DNA of 12,403 bases from Promethearchaeota archaeon. GTDB lineage: Archaea > Asgardarchaeota > Hermodarchaeia > Hermodarchaeales > Hermodarchaeaceae. Shown here in pieces: positions 7,285 through 12,403 of this stretch (the stretch's first letter is position 1; the number at the start of each line of letters is the position of its first letter). The notes under the pieces were generated by a model. It did no database searches and had not been told where the DNA came from. It saw nothing but the letters and a program-made list of their open reading frames with translations. Both the position numbers and the translations under genes were made by a program. The stretch covers positions 1 through 12,403 of the forward strand of contig JBHLPR010000006.1 of NCBI GenBank assembly GCA_048939245.1, in the 5' to 3' direction.

Positions 7285-8250
7285 ATGGTATCTCTTCAGG
7301 ATATTCAAGCCGCTCACAAACGGATACAAAAGGTGGTCATTAACACACCCGTAATGACATCAAATACCGCTAACCGCCTTACCAATTGTCACCTCTTTTT
7401 CAAATGCGAGAATTTCCAACGAGTGGGCGCCTTCAAATTTCGTGGAGCCTATAATGCCCTCTCACAATTATCGTCGAAAGAAAAAGAACACGGTGTGATC
7501 GCCCACTCATCCGGTAACCACGCCCAAGCTGTAGCCCTGGCGGCACAAATGCTAGAAGTCCCTGCGACTATAGTGATGCCTAAGAATTCCTCACCGGTAA
7601 AAATCGCTGCCACTCAGGATTACGGTGCCACCATTGTATTTTGCGAACCTGAACTCAAATCGAGAGAATCTACAACGAATGCGTTAATTGACAAACATAG
7701 GTTTGTCCTGATTCATCCCTACGATGATTCGCGTATCATCGCAGGAGCTGGCACCGCTACCCTCGAACTCCTCAATGAAGTGAAAAACTTAGACGCCATT
7801 TTTGCCCCCGTAGGTGGGGGAGGGTTGATTAGCGGCACCGCTATTGCCACAAAAGGTGTAAGCCCCACCACCAAGGTCTTTGCTGTAGAGCCTGAACAAG
7901 CCGATGATGCCTGCAAATCATTCAAATCCGGTAAACTACTTCCAAGTGCCAATCCTACAACCATTGCAGATGGATTACGTACCTCATTAAGCGAGTTAAC
8001 GTTCTCTATCATCCAAAAACATGTGGATGATATCATCACAGTCTCCGAGGACGAGATTCTTGATGCCATGCGTTTCCTTTGGGAACGAATGAAATTGGTC
8101 ATCGAACCCTCAGGCGCCGTTTCACTAGCGGGGGTCTTCAAGCTGCAAGAACAGATTAACAACCAAAACCTCGGGATTATCCTCAGTGGAGGAAATGTTG
8201 ATCTAACTCGCTTCTTCAATCATTGGCGTACAGATGACACGAAACGCTGA
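7285..8250 (+). CDS. PLP-dependent fold-type II serine racemase / Ser-Thr dehydratase family enzyme (no ACT domain)
   Basis: FKCENFQRVGAFKFRGA (PLP lysine), HSSGNHAQA, PVGGGGL, EPEQADD, TIADG, WERMKLVIEPSGA, ILSGGNVD. ATG 7285 (MVSLQDIQAAHKRI) fits the family N-terminus better than GTG 7243. Confidence 0.9.
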   Translation: MVSLQDIQAAHKRIQKVVINTPVMTSNTANRLTNCHLFFKCENFQRVGAFKFRGAYNALSQLSSKEKEHGVIAHSSGNHAQAVALAAQMLEVPATIVMPKNSSPVKIAATQDYGATIVFCEPELKSRESTTNALIDKHRFVLIHPYDDSRIIAGAGTATLELLNEVKNLDAIFAPVGGGGLISGTAIATKGVSPTTKVFAVEPEQADDACKSFKSGKLLPSANPTTIADGLRTSLSELTFSIIQKHVDDIITVSEDEILDAMRFLWERMKLVIEPSGAVSLAGVFKLQEQINNQNLGIILSGGNVDLTRFFNHWRTDDTKR

Positions 8251-8410
8251 AATTTGCCTGAATGATCCGATTTCTTTGGTGTATGTTTCTAACTGGTATT
8301 TTGGGCTATCATAAACATACCGGGTTCATTTTACTCTCCGGAAGGGATTGAAATAGTTAGAGCGAACTCTTTAAGGTACAACAGCTATCGAATATATCTA
8401 TTCGGCGAGA

Positions 8411-9556
8411 ATGATGTCCAAAATATCAGATCGAGAAATTCTGAGACTTAAGGTGGCGATGCTTGCTCGTGGAGTCCATTTTGTATCCGACGAGACGACT
8501 GGACGCACAGGTGGGGCTGGACCTACTTTGGGTCGCTATTTTCTCATTGATAAGGATGTCGTTGTTAATGCACCCGTTCGCACTAAAAAACAAGCAACTC
8601 TGTTCCACGCTCTGGAGCTTCAACCTGTGAAAGGAAACAAGTTTCATGGCAATCTCGAAGGTAAGGATTTTACTATTACTTTGGTAAAAACACCCCACTA
8701 TTACCAGATGGAATTGGTAGATGGCACACCTATGACCCACATCGCGCTGGTGCATGGAACCGACTGTCTAGCAACAACAATAGTCCAGCATTGCAATTAT
8801 TTCGACAGCGGCTTAGAATGTCGATATTGTAGCATTCCTGTAAGTCTCGCTCAAGGTAAAACAATTCTACGCAAATCTCCAGAACAATTCTTACAAGTTC
8901 TAAAAGCCGCTCAAATGGAAGACTGCGCAAGTCATCTTACATTAACGACGGGAAGTCCGGATCGCCCTGACCGCGGAGCACGAGACTACGTTCCGTTTGT
9001 ATCTAGCATCCGCAAAGAAAGTGATGTCCCAATTCATGTGCAGCTGGAACCCCCCAAATCACCAGGACAATTGCAAGCGCTAAAAAATGCGGGGGTGGAT
9101 ACGGTGGGAATCCATCTTGAAATCTACGATGATGCACTCCGCAAGGAATATTGTCCCGGTAAATTCGCCTATGCAAGTTTCTCTGAGTACTTAGATGCAT
9201 GGCGACATGCCGTACACATTTTTGGACGAGGACAAGTCAGCACATTCATCCTCTTAGGGTTGGGTGAAACTCCTGAACAGTTGCATCACGGATTTAAAAC
9301 AACCATCGAAATTGGTGTCATACCCGTTCCAGTTCCCTGTCGGCCAAACCCGGGCTCACAATTAGAAGGACATATTCCAGTTTATGTGGAAAATCTGGAT
9401 CAAATTGTCGATAATTATCTGGACTGCGCTAGCTTGCTGCTTGAATACCAACTGAATCCCGCTGAACATCGGGCGGGCTGTATTCGCTGCACCGGATGCA
9501 CAGCCCTCATGGAAGCCTATCACATCGTCAAATCTGAGCGTGAAGGCAAGCACTAA
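8411..9556 (+). CDS. Radical SAM protein, MSMEG_0568/NitD-like family
   Basis: GRTGGAGP, HGTDCLATTIVQHC-x8-CRYC, LTLTTG, VGIHLE, FGRGQVSTFILLGLGE and the C-terminal AGCIRCTGC. Confidence 0.85.
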   Translation: MMSKISDREILRLKVAMLARGVHFVSDETTGRTGGAGPTLGRYFLIDKDVVVNAPVRTKKQATLFHALELQPVKGNKFHGNLEGKDFTITLVKTPHYYQMELVDGTPMTHIALVHGTDCLATTIVQHCNYFDSGLECRYCSIPVSLAQGKTILRKSPEQFLQVLKAAQMEDCASHLTLTTGSPDRPDRGARDYVPFVSSIRKESDVPIHVQLEPPKSPGQLQALKNAGVDTVGIHLEIYDDALRKEYCPGKFAYASFSEYLDAWRHAVHIFGRGQVSTFILLGLGETPEQLHHGFKTTIEIGVIPVPVPCRPNPGSQLEGHIPVYVENLDQIVDNYLDCASLLLEYQLNPAEHRAGCIRCTGCTALMEAYHIVKSEREGKH

Positions 9557-9584
9557 AAAATCCTTGTAGCACAGGTTCCTTATC

Positions 9585-10112
9585 ATGTCCCTGCCGCCGT
9601 CCACCAAAGAGTTTCCTCCTGAGGATGGGGGGATTCACATCGAAGAACTTACACCAGAGGATGCTCCCGAAATCTCCCAACTCATGGCTCTCGTATGGCC
9701 TAACTCAACTCATATCCCCTCTGAATGGCGGCAAAAACGCGTCCTTAGCCCTGAACAAATCATCCAGGAAATGCAAGCAGGTTACCACTATTTTGGTGCA
9801 CGACTTGAAGGTCGTATCGCCGGCTTCTACAAAACCATGATCATACCCGATGGGCTACTAGGGGAACACCAGACGGTACACCCCGATTTTCGTCACCGCG
9901 GCCTGGTCCGTGCTATGTATCGCCAATTCATTGATTACGCTCAAGAACTCCAAGTATCTGCCAATCTCTGTAATATCCTCACCGCACACGAAACAATGCG
10001 AGCTCTCGTCGAAAGTTTTGGGTTTCAACCAGAAGGAGACCCTTATGAGCAAGTGCCTGGCATGCAAGTCCAACTCTATAAACGTCTCGTTAAGGCGCCA
10101 CCTCCCCCCTAG
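9585..10112 (+). CDS. GNAT-family N-acetyltransferase
   Basis: IEELTPEDAPEI, GRIAGF, acetyl-CoA motif TVHPDFRHRGLVRAM, LVESFGF. Confidence 0.85.
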   Translation: MSLPPSTKEFPPEDGGIHIEELTPEDAPEISQLMALVWPNSTHIPSEWRQKRVLSPEQIIQEMQAGYHYFGARLEGRIAGFYKTMIIPDGLLGEHQTVHPDFRHRGLVRAMYRQFIDYAQELQVSANLCNILTAHETMRALVESFGFQPEGDPYEQVPGMQVQLYKRLVKAPPPP

Positions 10113-11156
10113 ATTTTTTTCCATTCACTCCTTCTAGGACTGTTTTACTTCGAAGCTTCCATAACCAGATGCGTTGCGATCGGGAAGGACCAAATTGCAA
10201 CAGCCCATAAATCACCTCGGCAGAAAAGGAAATGACAATTATTGCTATCCCTGAGAGAAACAAAATCGTATTCATTAGTGGATAATCATGTCCCAATAAT
10301 GAAAAATAAAAAAGTCTTCCAAGCCCTACAAATGGGAAGCTTGTCTCGATGAAAATAATCGCGGACAGAATAAAAGTACAAAAAAACCCTGTACGGAGAC
10401 CTGTCTGGATAATGGCCTGTTTTATTTTACCAGATGGATTTGCATCTTCAGAAAATATTGGACGAGAGGTATGGGATTGAATTTTTATCGCCAGCTTCCA
10501 CCCGATAATAATGGCACCAGCTGAACCGAAAGCTGGTAAGGCAAAATAGCGGGGATCGTAAAGATTGAAATTCTCTCTGTCAAAATTGCCATAATATGTC
10601 CAAAAGATAATGTATCTGAATAGAAAGGGACAGGTAATAGAAACAAAATACGCTAGCAACAGTCCCGTGATAACGATTAGCATTACACACAAACCAGGCA
10701 GAAGCAACCTATATTGACGGCTATTTGCAGTTCCAAAATGATGGATACTTGAGTTCCACAATTTCAGACTAAAGATTATCCAAAGAGCAATCACTACGCC
10801 AACGACGATTAAAAGAATGGATGCAATACCATACAACAAAAGGTCCAAACGTATTCCACAGGTAGATATCTATCTAAACCCATAATCGCCTCTAAACATG
10901 TGTGTGATGTAAAAAACGAAACGTCCCATTTCTAAGACAGCAAAATCCATCCTTCCATCCAAAAATGCCACCAAGAATAATTTGGATCCCACGGGCTAGC
11001 TTCAGGGATATTTCCTATACGCGGGAAATCTATGGATGGAAATATTAATTCCGCGGGTGGAATTGATGAAAAAATTGTGAAACATAAGAACGAAAAAGCA
11101 ACTAACATCACTACTCCGGAGGCAAGTCTTCGAAAAAGATATTCATATATCCGCAT
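10090..11156 (-). pseudogene. Disrupted/split DppB/OppB-like peptide ABC permease (fragments 10932-11156, 10870-10950, 10090-10848)
   Basis: N-terminus YEYLFRRLASGVVMLVAFSFLCFTIF. After a frame change at ~10950, RFVFYITHMFRGDYG, then TAG at 10870-10872. In the same frame, IETSFPFVGLGRLFY..LLGHDYPLM...AEVIYGLL. The reconstructed length is ~355 aa. Confidence 0.7.
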
Positions 11157-11190
11157 TCAACTCCACTCACGTCATTGAAGCCCTTTGGTG

Positions 11191-11225
11191 AAAAAATGGT
11201 GAAGGGCGGTTCCCAGCCGCCCTTC
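11191..11225 (-). terminator. GC-rich hairpin followed by T-tract downstream of mini-DppB
   Basis: The minus strand reads GAAGGGCGG-CTGGGAA-CCGCCCTTC-ACCA-TTTTTT, a 9-bp perfect stem. Confidence 0.6.
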
Positions 11226-11254
11226 GTGTGTTGGTTCGCATTGGAGGTTCTTCC

Positions 11255-11431
11255 CTAGTTGAAGCGGACACGTGGATCAAGGAAGCTGTATGAGATATCG
11301 GCGATGAAGTTCACTACGATCACGGTTAACGCTATCATGTAAAAGAACACGAAGAAGTTGAAGATAATGGTCCCGAGAATAAGGACGAAGCTATCGATCA
11401 CGCGTCGAATCATGAATTCACGCATTCCCAT
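11255..11431 (-). CDS. 58-aa mini-DppB/OppB: N-terminal and C-terminal ends of a peptide ABC permease fused in frame (absent from ORF track)
   Basis: Manual translation gives MGMREFMIRRVIDSFVLILGTIIFNFFVFFYMIALTVIVVNFIADISYSFLDPRVRFN*. It carries the N-terminal F.IRR..........I.NF..F and C-terminal VN..AD..Y..LDPRVR signatures. Confidence 0.8.
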   Translation of the reverse strand: MGMREFMIRRVIDSFVLILGTIIFNFFVFFYMIALTVIVVNFIADISYSFLDPRVRFN

Positions 11432-11462
11432 AATTTTTCACTTTAGGGATCCATCTGTTAGC

Positions 11463-11484
11463 GTTTGATTTAGATCAATCAAAC
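11463..11484. promoter_or_regulatory. Perfect inverted repeat GTTTGATT-N6-AATCAAAC, candidate operator
   Basis: 8-bp perfect arms, 31 nt upstream of the mini-DppB ATG, in the divergent intergenic region shared with the wHTH regulator. Confidence 0.45.
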
Positions 11485-11635
11485 TGCCTACTCCTATGCC
11501 TCACATCCCAAATTATCCTACACATTAGAACAGGCCAGAAAGGGCTGTTCAAAAGTTTAGAACGATACCTGCGTGCAGGTCTTTTCTTACTTCCTTTGAA
11601 GTATAATGTTCGTTTGTGGGGAAATTAGTAAGAAC

Positions 11636-11651
11636 GAAAAGGCTTATATAC
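11636..11651 (+). promoter_or_regulatory. BRE/TATA promoter of the wHTH regulator
   Basis: GAAAAGGC-TTATATAC ending 30 nt before ATG 11682. Confidence 0.6.
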
Positions 11652-11681
11652 TTCTTTAGATAAACAATTAACAGAGTTAAG

Positions 11682-11924
11682 ATGTTGTCTAAAACTGAAG
11701 CACTCCAACATAGTACCCGGAAGAGAATCATGTACAAGTTATCCAAAGATAAAGCTTTCCTCCGTGAAATCGCCAAAGATTTAAACATTCCCACTTCCAC
11801 TGCTGCTTATCATCTAAAACGACTTACCCAAATCGGCCTCATCAACGAGCGACGAGGCGTGTATCACGTTTGGTTTGATCTAACGGATAAAGGCCGACAG
11901 CTGCTCGATAACGAAGCAGCATAA
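11682..11924 (+). CDS. ArsR-like winged helix-turn-helix transcriptional regulator
   Basis: ALQHSTRKRIM...LREIAKDLNIPTSTAAYHLKRLTQIGLI...FDLTDKG. Confidence 0.85.
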   Translation: MLSKTEALQHSTRKRIMYKLSKDKAFLREIAKDLNIPTSTAAYHLKRLTQIGLINERRGVYHVWFDLTDKGRQLLDNEAA

Positions 11925-11974
11925 ACTGGGCTGGACGATAACGCATGATCCTCCGCCCATCATTTTTCTTTACT

Positions 11975-12403
11975 TCAAACTTCATAGTTGGGATTAGGTT
12001 TTTTCGAATCCTGCTGCTTACTTTCTTGTAATTGAATCAAGGCGATTTTGGCTTCGTGGGCTACAAGCTCATCGGAATCAGTTTCTGCAATCTTTTTAAG
12101 ATGGGGGTATGCGCGTTGTTCACCGAGTATGCTCAAACCCACTATGGCCCCAATTCGGATTGTGGGATTATCCGCTTGGAGTTCACGTTCTAGAAGGCTA
12201 TAGGCGTCGGGTCCTCCAAGGTGTCCAAGGGCTCGGAGAATTTGATCTTTGACGTAGACTGTTTCATGCTCATACCGAGCTAAAAGCTTGGGTGTGGCAT
12301 GTGTGGCTTTGAGATAAGCGATCGCGCTTAGCGTTTGGAATCGAACAGCTTCTACATCATCGTCGAGTAATGGGATTAGAGAAGCGCCGTCCTCTTTGGT
12401 GCC
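11975..12403 (-). CDS. HEAT-repeat (PBS-lyase HEAT-like) protein, C-terminal part; 5' end outside window
   Basis: Manual translation of the open minus frame gives LIPLLDDDVEAVRFQTLSAIAYL / YVKDQILRALGHLG / LQADNPTIRIGAIVGLSILG / ETDSDELVAHEAKIAL, with ~31-aa periodicity. TGA at 11975-11977. Confidence 0.85.
   Translation of the reverse strand, partial: GTKEDGASLIPLLDDDVEAVRFQTLSAIAYLKATHATPKLLARYEHETVYVKDQILRALGHLGGPDAYSLLERELQADNPTIRIGAIVGLSILGEQRAYPHLKKIAETDSDELVAHEAKIALIQLQESKQQDSKKPNPNYEV

Noticed and set aside
8281-8341. Inverted repeat GTATGTTT...AAACATAC and a weak CCGG hairpin between the racemase-like and radical SAM genes
   Set aside because: The arms are AT-rich with a 24-nt spacer, and no recognisable ncRNA or riboswitch is present, so support is insufficient.
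10870-10872. Pyrrolysine or amber readthrough of the in-frame TAG in the dppB-like gene
   Set aside because: TAG is the normal stop of at least six genes in this window, the gene also has a frameshift, and no pyl genes are visible.
10946-10960. Transposon footprint or target-site duplication (GGATGGA x2)
   Set aside because: A single-base deletion from TGG ATG GAA TGG ATG GAT explains it equally well, and no transposase or terminal repeats are nearby.
11529-11549. Imperfect hairpin AACAGGCC-N5-GGGCTGTT
   Set aside because: It is short and mismatched, with no clear associated gene end.

Overview
This is a gene-dense, intron-free prokaryotic window with archaeal BRE/TATA promoters and several eukaryote-like genes, which points by inference to an Asgard archaeon. 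The left part is a signalling-rich block. It holds the 3' end of an AAA+ ATPase with a C-terminal winged helix, a Rab-like small GTPase with no prenylation tail, a 402-aa all-helical unknown protein, a ~10-TM HAMP-containing histidine pseudokinase translationally coupled to an atypical receiver protein, and a convergent PP1/PP2A-like PPP phosphatase. The middle holds carbamate kinase, an unannotated 44-aa Cys-rich microprotein with its own TATA box, a serine-racemase-like PLP enzyme, an MSMEG_0568/NitD-type radical SAM protein and a GNAT. The right end holds a disrupted DppB/OppB-like permease (frameshift plus in-frame TAG), an unannotated 58-aa 'mini-DppB' made only of the N- and C-terminal ends of a permease, a divergent ArsR-like regulator and the 3' part of a HEAT-repeat gene. 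I saw no RNA genes, CRISPR arrays or mobile elements. All family assignments come from motif recognition by eye, not database searches.
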